Part shown: positions 6,875 through 15,831 of the stretch, piece after piece
Layout: every line of letters begins with the position of its first letter
Position numbering within the stretch: position 1 is the stretch's first letter
Source of the DNA: a virus
Taxonomy: Duplodnaviria > Caudoviricetes
IMG/VR virus record: IMGVR_UViG_3300020182_000188
Coordinates: 1-24,395 of that record
Direction: 5' to 3' (one strand)
Length of the DNA stretch: 24,395 nt
Position numbers and translations under genes: made by a program
Notes under the pieces: model-generated
The model's database searches: none
What the model was told of the DNA's origin: nothing
What the model saw: the letters and a program-made list of their open reading frames with translations, nothing else

Positions 6875-7022
6875 TTTTTTTATAGGTTTCATATATCTTC
6901 TGTGCCGTATATCCTATTGATAGCAATAAAAGTATAATTTTTAAACTGTTTTCTATATGCGTGAAACTAACACCAAAAGTGATAGCATTTAAAATTCCTA
7001 TTTTCAAATCTTGTACGGTCAT
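6867..7022 (-). CDS. Small membrane protein, holin/antiholin-like, 51 aa (not in ORF track)
   Basis: Translates as MTVQDLKIGILNAITFGVSFTHIENSLKIILLLLSIGYTAQKIYETYKKND: hydrophobic segments plus a basic tail, directly before the endolysin. Confidence 0.7.
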   Translation of the reverse strand: MTVQDLKIGILNAITFGVSFTHIENSLKIILLLLSIGYTAQKIYETYKKND

Positions 7023-7342
7023 TATATTTTGTTTTCTAAGTACGAAAGCCCAAAAGTATGCAAGCCTTCATTATCTAAATCAATCTCATAGGTTTTCCAA
7101 CCGTATGGATTTTCTTCAATATCAACCCAAAGAACATCTAAACGATAAGCCCCATAAACAGGATCTTTTGTTATAACTCCGTTTTCAAATTCAGCATCCT
7201 CAATAATAACACTTCCTAAATGTGTAATAATGTGTTTATATGATGGGTATGTATTTCCTTCAAAATCAGTCTTGTGAGGCAATCCTTCAATTTTTGAAAA
7301 AGCCTGTTCTTTACTTTTAAATTCGTATTTTCCTACTTTCAT
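7022..7342 (-). CDS. Hypothetical protein, possible fibre partner/chaperone
   Basis: 106 aa, TAATG-coupled to the fibre gene. Confidence 0.7.
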   Translation of the reverse strand: MKVGKYEFKSKEQAFSKIEGLPHKTDFEGNTYPSYKHIITHLGSVIIEDAEFENGVITKDPVYGAYRLDVLWVDIEENPYGWKTYEIDLDNEGLHTFGLSYLENKI

Positions 7343-8661
7343 TATATTGTTGTTAATTGGATTGCATCTGATTCAGGTATAACTTCATCAAAATATTGAA
7401 TACCATTTACTTTGCCAAAAAAATTATTGGATTGATCCCCATAAGAAAAACTTATTCTATCCGTATTTAATGGTACTGCTCCGAGGTTTGTTATGGTTTG
7501 AATCAAAACTCCATTTATATATAATTTAAAAAAATCAATATCCCAAGTTGCTGCTATTTTAACAGGATTTAACCTATCATAACCACTTGCCAATATATCT
7601 GCTTCATTATTTCCATTCACTAATACCTTACCTCTTATTGTCATAGTTTGAGTCAATTGGTATAGTGAGCCAAATTGTATTTGCACCGCATCTTGGTTAT
7701 CATCGGTTGAAACCGAAATAGTCCCTGTCGATGCCAAATCGTTAAATTCAACTTCCTGAAGATCGATAAAAAGACTTCCAGAAGGATTTCCTTCAAAAAT
7801 AGGGTTTTCTGCATCATAACAAAATTCGTAACCTTGTGTTACTGCCGATCCATATGTAGCTATATAACTATGCGATAAAGCTTGTGGACTTAAATAACCA
7901 TTATAAGGAATTATTTCAGCCATTGGAAGGGCTACCTGTATTATACTGCCAACGGTTGGAAAAGGTTGTATTTCAAAAGTACACACATTTAATCCCGATG
8001 TTAAAACAGTAAATTCTAATCTATACCACCCATTATCCGCTTTTATAACACGAGTTCGTTCTGGCGTCCAACCGCTTGCATCCTCAATTGTTAATAGTTC
8101 AGTATTATAATTAAATTCCATTGTTAATTTATTATAAAGATCTTTTAACCTTAGGTAAAGTTTATCATACCGAGACCCTCTACCTTCGTTTCTTTTAACG
8201 TAAACAGAAACAGTCGCGTAAGCTACGTTGTATCCATAACTCCCCCAGAATTGTTGTTTAAGCCCGAAATCCCCAGTTACTGTGTTGAGATTTGCAATAC
8301 GAATCCCCTTGTTTTGATTTGTAGGGTCTTGGACTGCGGGAGTTATATAAACCCCTGTTGTTTGCCAAGTAGAAGGTAATCCGCTATTTATGTTATCACT
8401 ATATAAAAGTCTGTTAGTTGCGGTGCGTTCTAACCACAAAACAGGACAAGTTTTTCTATCTTGCCAATCTAACCTCATATCTGTTGTTGGTTCTAATATC
8501 CCATCTTCTGGCGTTACATAAGCGGTTGTAGACGAGTTCCTTCCTGCTGAAAAATCAGCGTTTGGAGAAGCCGATGGAAGTATTGAATAAACTTTTTGAG
8601 CTTGTGGATATCCAAGCTTTTTATATGCGGCAGGAATCATTACAAATTTAGGATCTATCAT
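7342..8661 (-). CDS. Virion fibre/spike protein with carbohydrate-binding-like and C-terminal ConA/LamG-like domains
   Basis: LWLERTATNRLLYS...T.SVYVK...NGWYRL beta-sandwich, then KIAATWD...KLYINGVL...GKVNGIQYFD (LamG-like). Confidence 0.68.
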   Translation of the reverse strand: MIDPKFVMIPAAYKKLGYPQAQKVYSILPSASPNADFSAGRNSSTTAYVTPEDGILEPTTDMRLDWQDRKTCPVLWLERTATNRLLYSDNINSGLPSTWQTTGVYITPAVQDPTNQNKGIRIANLNTVTGDFGLKQQFWGSYGYNVAYATVSVYVKRNEGRGSRYDKLYLRLKDLYNKLTMEFNYNTELLTIEDASGWTPERTRVIKADNGWYRLEFTVLTSGLNVCTFEIQPFPTVGSIIQVALPMAEIIPYNGYLSPQALSHSYIATYGSAVTQGYEFCYDAENPIFEGNPSGSLFIDLQEVEFNDLASTGTISVSTDDNQDAVQIQFGSLYQLTQTMTIRGKVLVNGNNEADILASGYDRLNPVKIAATWDIDFFKLYINGVLIQTITNLGAVPLNTDRISFSYGDQSNNFFGKVNGIQYFDEVIPESDAIQLTTI

Positions 8662-8665
8662 AATT

Positions 8666-9112
8666 TTATCTTTCTGTTATTATTGAGGTACTAGCGCAGT
8701 ACCACCATTGACCATTTGCCTGAAACCTTAATGTAACAGTTTCGCCTATATTAATAGGCACTTCTTGACCGAAATTAAATATTACTGATTCCCTTACATT
8801 TGTGGAATAAGGTTCAAATTTAGTTGATTTTAAAACTCCATTTACATAAACTTGTAATTGAGCTAAATATCCATTTGGGTTTTGTCTAGTTGAATAAGGC
8901 ATTGAAGCCATCATAAACCTACTAAAATAACCATTGTAAGGAACTGCAATACCGCCATAAGCATAAGGAAAGGTGCTTGTTGCCCCTGTACTATAAAGGG
9001 TGTAAAAACCAGTTCCACTAATATAGTGCCTCCAATGTACGCTAAGCTTCTGGCTTGTGTGCCCCCTTTTTACGGCTTCCGAACTGGCTGCTGATGTTAT
9101 TTTTGAAATCAT
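8666..9112 (-). CDS. Hypothetical virion protein (Tyr/Gly/Ser-rich beta-sandwich)
   Basis: 148 aa, aromatic-rich and beta-strand-like, within the fibre region. Confidence 0.6.
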   Translation of the reverse strand: MISKITSAASSEAVKRGHTSQKLSVHWRHYISGTGFYTLYSTGATSTFPYAYGGIAVPYNGYFSRFMMASMPYSTRQNPNGYLAQLQVYVNGVLKSTKFEPYSTNVRESVIFNFGQEVPINIGETVTLRFQANGQWWYCASTSIITER

Positions 9113-9231
9113 TCCTTCCTGTATTTAAGCTTTATTTCGTCATAAAACCTTTTAGCATCTTCTTCATTTGCTTTCAGTCCTACATATTTTTTTAAACGCT
9201 TAACGTTTATGTCTTTTACTTTATATTTCAT
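9109..9231 (-). CDS. Small basic protein, 40 aa (not in ORF track)
   Basis: Translates as MKYKVKDINVKRLKKYVGLKANEEDAKRFYDEIKLKYRKE; ATGA overlaps at both ends. Confidence 0.7.
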   Translation of the reverse strand: MKYKVKDINVKRLKKYVGLKANEEDAKRFYDEIKLKYRKE

Positions 9232-9728
9232 AAAACCCAACTGTTATAAACCGTGTCAGAATCTGGGCTTATATCTGAACCTGAATTGCTAGTGTATTCT
9301 GGAAACTTAGAGCTATTATCACAAAGGTAATCAACTAACCTAGTCGAATAATAACGAGCATACTCCCTAGCTTTACCGACTAAATAATCCACTTCTTCCT
9401 TAGAAACGTTTTCAGCTGTTTCGCTAGAATGTTTAAACACTCCTCCGTTCTTAATTTGATAAGTCGCGAATGGAATATAATTTACCTGAGCAAACCATAT
9501 AAGGGTTGACTGTATATAATCGCTTACAAGGGCTAAATAGTCGCCTGTTAAAGTGTCGTTTGTAATGTCGTCACTTATTCGGTTGTATAAATCCGTCCCT
9601 AGTAGGTTTTTGATATCAATTTCTTGTCCGAGCTTGATGAATTGTATAAATTTGTCCGTATCCACCGATCCGTCTAAGATTGAATTTCTTACTAAGTCCG
9701 TTCGTGATATAAATAATGCTGTTGCCAT
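9228..9728 (-). CDS. Putative head-tail adaptor/connector protein
   Basis: Helical 166-aa protein directly after the portal; function inferred from size and synteny. Confidence 0.6.
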   Translation of the reverse strand: MATALFISRTDLVRNSILDGSVDTDKFIQFIKLGQEIDIKNLLGTDLYNRISDDITNDTLTGDYLALVSDYIQSTLIWFAQVNYIPFATYQIKNGGVFKHSSETAENVSKEEVDYLVGKAREYARYYSTRLVDYLCDNSSKFPEYTSNSGSDISPDSDTVYNSWVL

Positions 9729-11540
9729 TTAGTTTTTAAATTTCATTTTGTTCCAATATTCAGCGGTATAACCTTTATACTTCATATCGTTTGGTGCTAC
9801 TGGTACTTTTTGGGCGTTTTTAGGTGCTTTAAAACCTTTGCTTTTAGCTTGACCACTTGTTATCTGGCTTTTTTTACCTTCTTTAATTTGATATGTTTTT
9901 CTAAACCATTTATGATTACATCTTGCACCTCCTTTATACAACCATATTGAATACGTATCAGAACCGCCTTTACCAAAACCGCTATTCACCGCCTTGTTTC
10001 CCATCGCTACGATGTCCTCTTTACGGTAAACCTTTTTAGCCCCTACCATTTTAGAACAAAACTTTCGACTATTTGCTCCCGCTTTTTCTGGTGCATAGCT
10101 ATATCTTACTAAAAATTCAACACCTTTTTGGCTATCTTGTTTTGATGTGCCGTCTTGTTTACTTTCGGCGTTTGGTTTTGCCGTTCCTGTGCTTACAAAA
10201 TTCCATATTTTAGATAATACAGATTGTTTAGGCTCGGTGTTTAAGTCTGTAATAACTTCGTCAAGTTCATCGTTCAACTCGTAATCAACCTCGCTTTCAT
10301 CTACTAAATCATATTCAGCTAGTAGTTCATCTTCTGTTTGCCCTAAGTCGATTAATTCATCAGCTATATTGCTACCTAATTCATCTGGTAAATCTTCGCT
10401 TAATTTAACCCCTGTTTCTTCTTCTTTTGTTTCTGCGTCCTCAACGTTTTTTAAATCTGTAAATTCTAACGGTTGAAGCGTTTTAAAGTACAATTTAAGG
10501 CTCATTTGATTAAATGCTAATATACTATCAAAAGCATCTATTAAAAGCATCTGGAACGGTCTTATAACGGTGTTATCCATTAATGTACTTGCAGTCTTTA
10601 ATTCTTCTGCATTGTTACCCAAACCGCTATTATCTTTAATACCTAAAAGCATAGGAGAAACAACTCTGTGTGATACCATTACTTTTTTAGAACTTTCATC
10701 AGAAAGAAATTGATACTGCATATGCGCTTCGCTTAATTGTATGGGCTCAATCGTTGCTGCACTTTCTGGATTGTCATTAAAAGCTAATATAAATTTGCCC
10801 GCATTACTTGAACCGCTAAACTTAGAGTATATACGGTTTTCTAAAGCTTGACGTTCTTCGGCGTTTGGTGTTCCATTGTTAAAGTTAATTAACATTGACG
10901 GAGCTAATCCGTTCAAGATATTGTTTAAATGGTAGTTACTTATCTCTTGCTCTAGTTCGGCATATTGTAAACCCCCTGCATAATCTGGACTTGAATAGTA
11001 CTTATACCCTGCCCGATAAGGTTTAACGTAAATAATCTCTATATTTTCCTTGCTGCTTCCAAATGCAGGAATTCTAGTTGTTTGATTTACGTTCTTAACC
11101 TTTGACCAATCATCCGAATAATAATATCCTTCAATCTCTCCTTTTTTGTTGCATTTTTCAGCTCTTAAATTTTCAATTGGAATGTGTTCTACTTGTGCGA
11201 TTGTTTTTCTATCCTTAGAATAAATGACTTGCATAGAACATTGACCCATTAATTTAAGGTCATAGCATAATTTACGAACCATATCTTTATGGAACAAAGA
11301 AATCATTTTAGCGTATTGTTCAGGCTTTTTATTTGAATTTAAAGCATCCAATCCACGACCATAAATCATTTCGCTAATACCGTTTATAATAGCGTTGTTT
11401 GTTGGGCTGCCATTGTAACGGTCAATTAAGTACTTAAAATAATTATTATCCGCACCATACGACACCCAATCTTTATTGGACTTCTCAACGATATCTGGCG
11501 TTGTGTAGGTACTTAAATTTACTATTCTTAAATCATTCAT
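9729..11540 (-). CDS. Portal protein with C-terminal extension
   Basis: YGADNNYF..L...YN.SPT..AII.G, NNI.NG.APS, F.GS.NAGKF, and H.V.SP.L.GI...GLG.NA.EL form a portal core of ~370 aa. An acidic linker and a Cys/His basic domain follow. Confidence 0.82.
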   Translation of the reverse strand: MNDLRIVNLSTYTTPDIVEKSNKDWVSYGADNNYFKYLIDRYNGSPTNNAIINGISEMIYGRGLDALNSNKKPEQYAKMISLFHKDMVRKLCYDLKLMGQCSMQVIYSKDRKTIAQVEHIPIENLRAEKCNKKGEIEGYYYSDDWSKVKNVNQTTRIPAFGSSKENIEIIYVKPYRAGYKYYSSPDYAGGLQYAELEQEISNYHLNNILNGLAPSMLINFNNGTPNAEERQALENRIYSKFSGSSNAGKFILAFNDNPESAATIEPIQLSEAHMQYQFLSDESSKKVMVSHRVVSPMLLGIKDNSGLGNNAEELKTASTLMDNTVIRPFQMLLIDAFDSILAFNQMSLKLYFKTLQPLEFTDLKNVEDAETKEEETGVKLSEDLPDELGSNIADELIDLGQTEDELLAEYDLVDESEVDYELNDELDEVITDLNTEPKQSVLSKIWNFVSTGTAKPNAESKQDGTSKQDSQKGVEFLVRYSYAPEKAGANSRKFCSKMVGAKKVYRKEDIVAMGNKAVNSGFGKGGSDTYSIWLYKGGARCNHKWFRKTYQIKEGKKSQITSGQAKSKGFKAPKNAQKVPVAPNDMKYKGYTAEYWNKMKFKN

Positions 11541-11542
11541 AT

Positions 11543-11893
11543 TTATATTATTATAAATTCGTTGTCCGAACTTTCTTCACTTATATACTGATCCTTATTT
11601 ACACTATAATATTCATCATTGTTTTGATTGATGGCTTGATCGGTGCAAAAAATTATGTCTTTATAAATTACGTTTGTTGAATAAACAACTTCCAACGTAT
11701 AAAAATCGCTTTCAGTTAAAGCCCCAAAAACCGCATCGAATGAAATGTAATTCCCATCAATAAGAGAAGTAGCATCAACTGTAATGGTTTTATTTGTGCT
11801 TTCGCTAGTTAATTTTAGGTTCAATGTACCTATATAAAATTCTCTTGGAATTATTTTAAAGGTTTTATTTCCGCTTGTGCTTATTAACTTCAT
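11543..11893 (-). CDS. Hypothetical structural protein (Ig-like beta fold, possible head completion)
   Basis: 116 aa; first gene after a late-promoter motif and directly upstream of the portal. Confidence 0.6.
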   Translation of the reverse strand: MKLISTSGNKTFKIIPREFYIGTLNLKLTSESTNKTITVDATSLIDGNYISFDAVFGALTESDFYTLEVVYSTNVIYKDIIFCTDQAINQNNDEYYSVNKDQYISEESSDNEFIII

Positions 11894-11930
11894 ATTAATA
11901 TATAAATAAAAAACAAATATTTTGTATTGT
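11894..11930 (-). promoter_or_regulatory. Putative phage late promoter abutting ATG
   Basis: ACAATACAAA-N15-TTATATATTAAT-ATG; one of four copies with identical spacing. Confidence 0.7.
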
Positions 11931-11938
11931 GTAGGTAT

Positions 11939-11968
11939 AAAAAAAGGGCTATCCGTTAAGATAACCCT
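11939..11968 (-). terminator. Intrinsic terminator after tail tube gene
   Basis: AGGGTTATC-TTAACG-GATAGCCCT followed by a T-run. Confidence 0.82.
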
Positions 11969-11990
11969 AATTTATAAGCAAAAGTACTAT

Positions 11991-12518
11991 TTAAGCCGTT
12001 GGGTCAATTTGAACCGCTGAAGCATCAGCAGTAATAACCGCAGGCGTCACAAAGAAAGGCGGTGAAGTTTCTTGTGCGTTAACCGTTAAAGTATAGCCTG
12101 TTAAATCTGACATTCCAGCTCCCGTTACGATTGTTCCACCGTTTACATCGCCACCATTTTCAAGACCTACTAAAAAGAAATTACCGTTATAATCTTCAAC
12201 GGCAACGTGTGGACGTGCGTGTGCGATTAATTTTAATTCTTCTTGTGTAGCTTTATCTTGAAAAGTTAAAGTCATATTAAGTGTAGTATCGTAAAAAGTC
12301 GTTCCGTTTTCTCGGCTTGATGTGATAGCAGTTTCCATTGAACTGTTACCTTTTACGTCAAACTGAAACCACGTTGGTGTCCCTGCTACGGCAGTTATTT
12401 CGCCTGCCACGATTGTTGCGTCTCCTAAAGTTCCGTAATCTGCAAAGTAAATGGTTTTAATCCCACCGACCGCTGATTTACAAGGTACTTTACGACCGCT
12501 TGTAATTAAACATCCCAT
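11991..12518 (-). CDS. Major tail (tube) protein
   Basis: MGC.IT.GR..PCK..VGGIK.IYF, SRENGTTFY, VEDYNGN.FL.G...G and GYTLT; beta-rich 175 aa following the major capsid gene. Confidence 0.68.
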   Translation of the reverse strand: MGCLITSGRKVPCKSAVGGIKTIYFADYGTLGDATIVAGEITAVAGTPTWFQFDVKGNSSMETAITSSRENGTTFYDTTLNMTLTFQDKATQEELKLIAHARPHVAVEDYNGNFFLVGLENGGDVNGGTIVTGAGMSDLTGYTLTVNAQETSPPFFVTPAVITADASAVQIDPTA

Positions 12519-12538
12519 ATTTTTAAATTTTTTTAAAT

Positions 12539-12564
12539 AAAAAAGGGTAGGCAGAACCCACCCC
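12539..12564 (-). terminator. Intrinsic terminator/attenuator after major capsid gene
   Basis: GGGGTGGG-TTCTG-CCTACCCT followed by TTTTT. Confidence 0.75.
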
Positions 12565-12587
12565 TTTAAATTTGATTAGTTAATTAA

Positions 12588-13523
12588 TTATACTGTCGTT
12601 CTTAAAACGATATCAGTTACTTGTGCATACTGAACTGCTGCCGTGAATCTCATTACAACACGTACATTTTGTGAACCGTCATTTTCAGCCATATCAATCA
12701 CGCGTACTTCGTTTAAATCTGAAGTTAAGCCTGTTCCAAAGAATAAATTTGATTTTTCAGCTGCAATGATCGTTCCTGCATTTGCTCCTCTCGCTGCTAC
12801 AACTGGAATACCATCAAAGAATAAAGAACCTAATGATTGGTTATTTCCTTTGTTTTCGTATCCGTTTGCACCTACACCACCAGATTGGAATCCTCCAAGT
12901 GCTCTCGTGTAAGCTCTTACAACGTCAGATGCTGCATAGATAATTAAATCTTCAGAACCATAAACGGCAGTAGGAATTGCGTCAGTTACCGCACCTAAGA
13001 ACCCAATTACATTATCAGCATCTACGGCTGCTCCTGTTAATTCTTGAGTTGCAGGCAAATCGCCATCGGCAGCTAATAGAGTTTCAAACCCATCAAACTG
13101 TCCGCTTGTTGCAGTTGTTCCAGACCAGATATTTTTTTCAGTTCTATCGGCTACTTTAGAAGCAACGTGAGCTAATACGAAATCAGAAAAGTTTGGTGCT
13201 AAACTATCAAAAGCACTAAAGCCCATTTGTTCAGCTTCCCAAGAATCGTGAAGTGTCTTTTTACAAATATCAAGATTTACTTGAAATTCTTTTGGTTCAA
13301 GAACTGCTTCTGTTAAAGTTAAAGTTCCCGCATCTGTTTGAAAGTCGCAAGTTGCATCTTTTACGATGTCATCAGTTGCTGCTTTTTGAATTACAGATTT
13401 GTACTTTACATTCGGCATTACCGTAATGTTACCTTTGTCTAATGTGTCCGCTGAAAGCAACGCTGCGGCAATATATTTGCCACTGAATTCCCCGGAATAC
13501 GAGGTTGTTAATGATACACTCAT
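12588..13523 (-). CDS. Major capsid protein (HK97 fold)
   Basis: 311 aa after the protease and scaffold genes. Motifs include E..IW.G......FDG...L and NL.FGT.L..D...V.V.D...RF..AVQY. A terminator follows. Confidence 0.82.
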   Translation of the reverse strand: MSVSLTTSYSGEFSGKYIAAALLSADTLDKGNITVMPNVKYKSVIQKAATDDIVKDATCDFQTDAGTLTLTEAVLEPKEFQVNLDICKKTLHDSWEAEQMGFSAFDSLAPNFSDFVLAHVASKVADRTEKNIWSGTTATSGQFDGFETLLAADGDLPATQELTGAAVDADNVIGFLGAVTDAIPTAVYGSEDLIIYAASDVVRAYTRALGGFQSGGVGANGYENKGNNQSLGSLFFDGIPVVAARGANAGTIIAAEKSNLFFGTGLTSDLNEVRVIDMAENDGSQNVRVVMRFTAAVQYAQVTDIVLRTTV

Positions 13524-13545
13524 TTTATTTAATTTTTAGTTGTTA

Positions 13546-14139
13546 TTAATTATTTAATCTTGCCATTACTCGATCAATAGTTGTGTTTTTTCTATTAGGA
13601 GAAACACTAAATTTCGAGATGTTTTTATTACCTTCTGGATTTGATACGATTGGATCAGCACTTGGTTCTGCTAATTCTTTTTCAAGGCTTAATTCGTGCT
13701 TAGAAAGTTCCTCAGTTAAAAGGTTTCCAACTTCTTCGCTCAAATCTTCTTTTGGTTCTAGCATAGCTTTGATTTCTTCAACCAAAGACTTCACTTCTTC
13801 CAATTCTTCTTTAGTAGCATAAGTCACCTCTTCTTCAGCCGCTTCAACCTCAACTTCTTCTTCTTCGGTTTCTTCAACTTCTTCTTCAGCTTCTTCTTCT
13901 TTGATTTCAGATATAACCCCTTCTTCAACCACTACTAATAATTTACCGTCCTCTAATGAATACTCACCTATTGGTAAAGCTACTTTTTCATCTTCTGTAA
14001 CGATAAACACTTCAACACCTGACTCAAAAGAATCGGCTTCAATTACCGTCCCATTGTCAAGTTTAGCTTGTTCTAGCTTAACCTCTTCGTTAAGATTTAA
14101 AACATTTTTGATTTGTTCAATCACTTTGTTTGATTTCAT
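13546..14139 (-). CDS. Capsid scaffolding protein
   Basis: Extremely Glu-rich; LP.GEY.LEDG..L.V.EEG.I..I motif; basic C-terminal helix; directly upstream of the major capsid gene. Confidence 0.7.
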   Translation of the reverse strand: MKSNKVIEQIKNVLNLNEEVKLEQAKLDNGTVIEADSFESGVEVFIVTEDEKVALPIGEYSLEDGKLLVVVEEGVISEIKEEEAEEEVEETEEEEVEVEAAEEEVTYATKEELEEVKSLVEEIKAMLEPKEDLSEEVGNLLTEELSKHELSLEKELAEPSADPIVSNPEGNKNISKFSVSPNRKNTTIDRVMARLNN

Positions 14140-14176
14140 ACTTATATATAATTTAGATTAATTTAATTTGTATTTT
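14140..14176 (-). promoter_or_regulatory. Putative phage late promoter abutting ATG
   Basis: AAAATACAAA-N15-TTATATATAAGT-ATG. Confidence 0.7.
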
Positions 14177-14183
14177 CGTTTAA

Positions 14184-14633
14184 CTATCCTTTTTTCTGAA
14201 TTATAAACCACTCGATTCCATCGCTCCAAACTTGGATTCCTTCATAAGGTTTATTAATCACATAAGCTGCATTGACGCCATCAAGTAATTCTGTTCCCGT
14301 TGGTGTTAAATTCACTCTTGTTGCAGTCGCAAACCCCCCATTTGAAATGAACCGCATCACCCTGTTTGGATGTTGTGCTGCCGTTGGTAGGTTTAAAGTC
14401 ATCGTACCATTTGCACCATCCCAAGTCATTCGTATTAATTCTGCTTTCTCATATGTTTCATCCTGTAAGCTTATTGTTTGACCATCTGAAACGACTAAAC
14501 TAACTGGAACTATGTAATTAACTATATTTTCAATCGTGCTCTGTTTGGTTGATCCATCTTGAACAACCGCTATAAGTTCCCCACCCTGTAAAGGTGTTGC
14601 TGTTGGTAAAGCACTAATCTTTGAATTTGCCAT
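14184..14633 (-). CDS. Putative head decoration/fibre protein
   Basis: N-terminal KISALPTAT.L.G.EL..VVQDG.TK attachment-like motif, plus a T.NLP.A...IDG-type...SDG..W beta domain. Confidence 0.55.
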   Translation of the reverse strand: MANSKISALPTATPLQGGELIAVVQDGSTKQSTIENIVNYIVPVSLVVSDGQTISLQDETYEKAELIRMTWDGANGTMTLNLPTAAQHPNRVMRFISNGGFATATRVNLTPTGTELLDGVNAAYVINKPYEGIQVWSDGIEWFIIQKKG

Positions 14634-14851
14634 TATTTCTCTATTTTATAATTATCTTCTTGTAATAAAAAACCTCCGTTTTCTAAAAGTATAAAGTTTT
14701 CGTTTTTAGAAGTTTCGCCAATTCCTTGTGCTATAATGTCACCATTGCAACACTCAATTGAATAAGCGTCTCTATCCCTGCATAAGCAACCCCTACGACC
14801 CCCATTCGGGCTTGTTCTACTTGGCGTAAATAGTTTTGACCACCTATTCAT
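14633..14851 (-). CDS. Small Cys-rich protein
   Basis: SRTSP.GGRRGCLC.D...YS.ECC.G...AQGIG, with a C-terminal ILLENGGFLLQED. Confidence 0.7.
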   Translation of the reverse strand: MNRWSKLFTPSRTSPNGGRRGCLCRDRDAYSIECCNGDIIAQGIGETSKNENFILLENGGFLLQEDNYKIEK

Positions 14852-15794
14852 TTTCTAATTGTTTAATTTTAGCTTCAGCCCAAGTCTTAGCTGATTTGCC
14901 ACCCCATAATAAAAAAGAGATAGTCCCACAGGCTTCTGTATCTTTAGGATCATAATATGCTTCTGCTCTTGACAAATAGCTAAACATTCTTTTTATAGTT
15001 TCTTTGCTTATTGGTTTTCCTTGTGCTAATTGTTGAGCCCTCACTTTACCGACTTGTGTAGCGCATTTATTATTTACAGCCTCATTAAGTTTCAACCCTC
15101 TTTTAGCGTTGTTACTTACTGAACTCGGATAATCAGAGTAGCTTTCTAACTCCATTTTCTTGCCACCTTTTAAACGTTTGTCGTTTTTAATGATGGCTTT
15201 AACTTGACTAAGTAAATATTCGGCTTCGGCTTCTTCAATAGCTGCAAGTTCGTCTTTTATTGCTGCATCGTTTGGGCGTTCCATTTCCATCTTATCCGCA
15301 AAATATCCTTCAATACTAAAACCTTTTACTTTACCAGTTTTCACAAACTCATTCCAGATTTTATCGTTGTTCACTTTAACACTACCAACCCAAGTTCCTA
15401 AAGGTAAATCCATCCCAAACTTTACGCTCTTATCGTGTACCTTATCTTCAACTATCCAACTTTCAACTAAACTTAAACCTTCCAATTCGTATTGGTGTTC
15501 TAGTGTTGAATTGTTTTGTTTGCTATTCATTAAGTACATTTGGGACGCTTTTAAGACAGTATCTTTCGAAAAATATATGTAGTATTCGTCCTCGCCGTTT
15601 CGTCTATAAATTGGCTTGTTTGGTATCAATAAAGCACCCATCAATATCCTACGTTCGCCATCAACTTCTGCAAGTTTAAATTCTTGGCTTTTTAACGCCA
15701 CAAAATCTTCTTCAATAGCAGGCGATTCTACAACGCTTATTGCCTCAATCCCCAACTCGCTTTCTTCGTCTAATATCAATTCAACTATTCTCAT
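14844..15794 (-). CDS. Prohead protease (XkdF-like serine protease) with extra C-terminal domain
   Basis: AIS.VE.PAIE, G..LIPNK.IYR, T.EH, ESWI, GTW...KV and GFSIEG.F; upstream of the scaffold and major capsid genes. Confidence 0.78.
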   Translation of the reverse strand: MRIVELILDEESELGIEAISVVESPAIEEDFVALKSQEFKLAEVDGERRILMGALLIPNKPIYRRNGEDEYYIYFSKDTVLKASQMYLMNSKQNNSTLEHQYELEGLSLVESWIVEDKVHDKSVKFGMDLPLGTWVGSVKVNNDKIWNEFVKTGKVKGFSIEGYFADKMEMERPNDAAIKDELAAIEEAEAEYLLSQVKAIIKNDKRLKGGKKMELESYSDYPSSVSNNAKRGLKLNEAVNNKCATQVGKVRAQQLAQGKPISKETIKRMFSYLSRAEAYYDPKDTEACGTISFLLWGGKSAKTWAEAKIKQLENE

Positions 15795-15831
15795 AATAAT
15801 ATATAATCAAAGTTATTTATTTTTGTTTTTT
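15795..15831 (-). promoter_or_regulatory. Putative phage late promoter abutting ATG
   Basis: AAAAAACAAA-N15-TTATATATTATT-ATG. Confidence 0.7.

Noticed and set aside
6875-6892. Dual start MKPIKK-M for the endolysin
   Set aside because: The upstream ATG lies inside the 51-aa membrane gene, and the M15 family pattern begins at MTKNF.
7342-9112. Diversity-generating retroelement target in the fibre genes
   Set aside because: No reverse transcriptase and no near-identical template/variable repeat pair are visible in the window.
13472-13479. Plus-strand TATATTTG inside the capsid gene
   Set aside because: Explained by the codons for GKYI in AT-rich DNA; no supporting context.
13810-13930. TTC/GAA low-complexity repeats
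   Set aside because: They simply encode the poly-Glu scaffold linker; not a CRISPR array or DNA repeat element.
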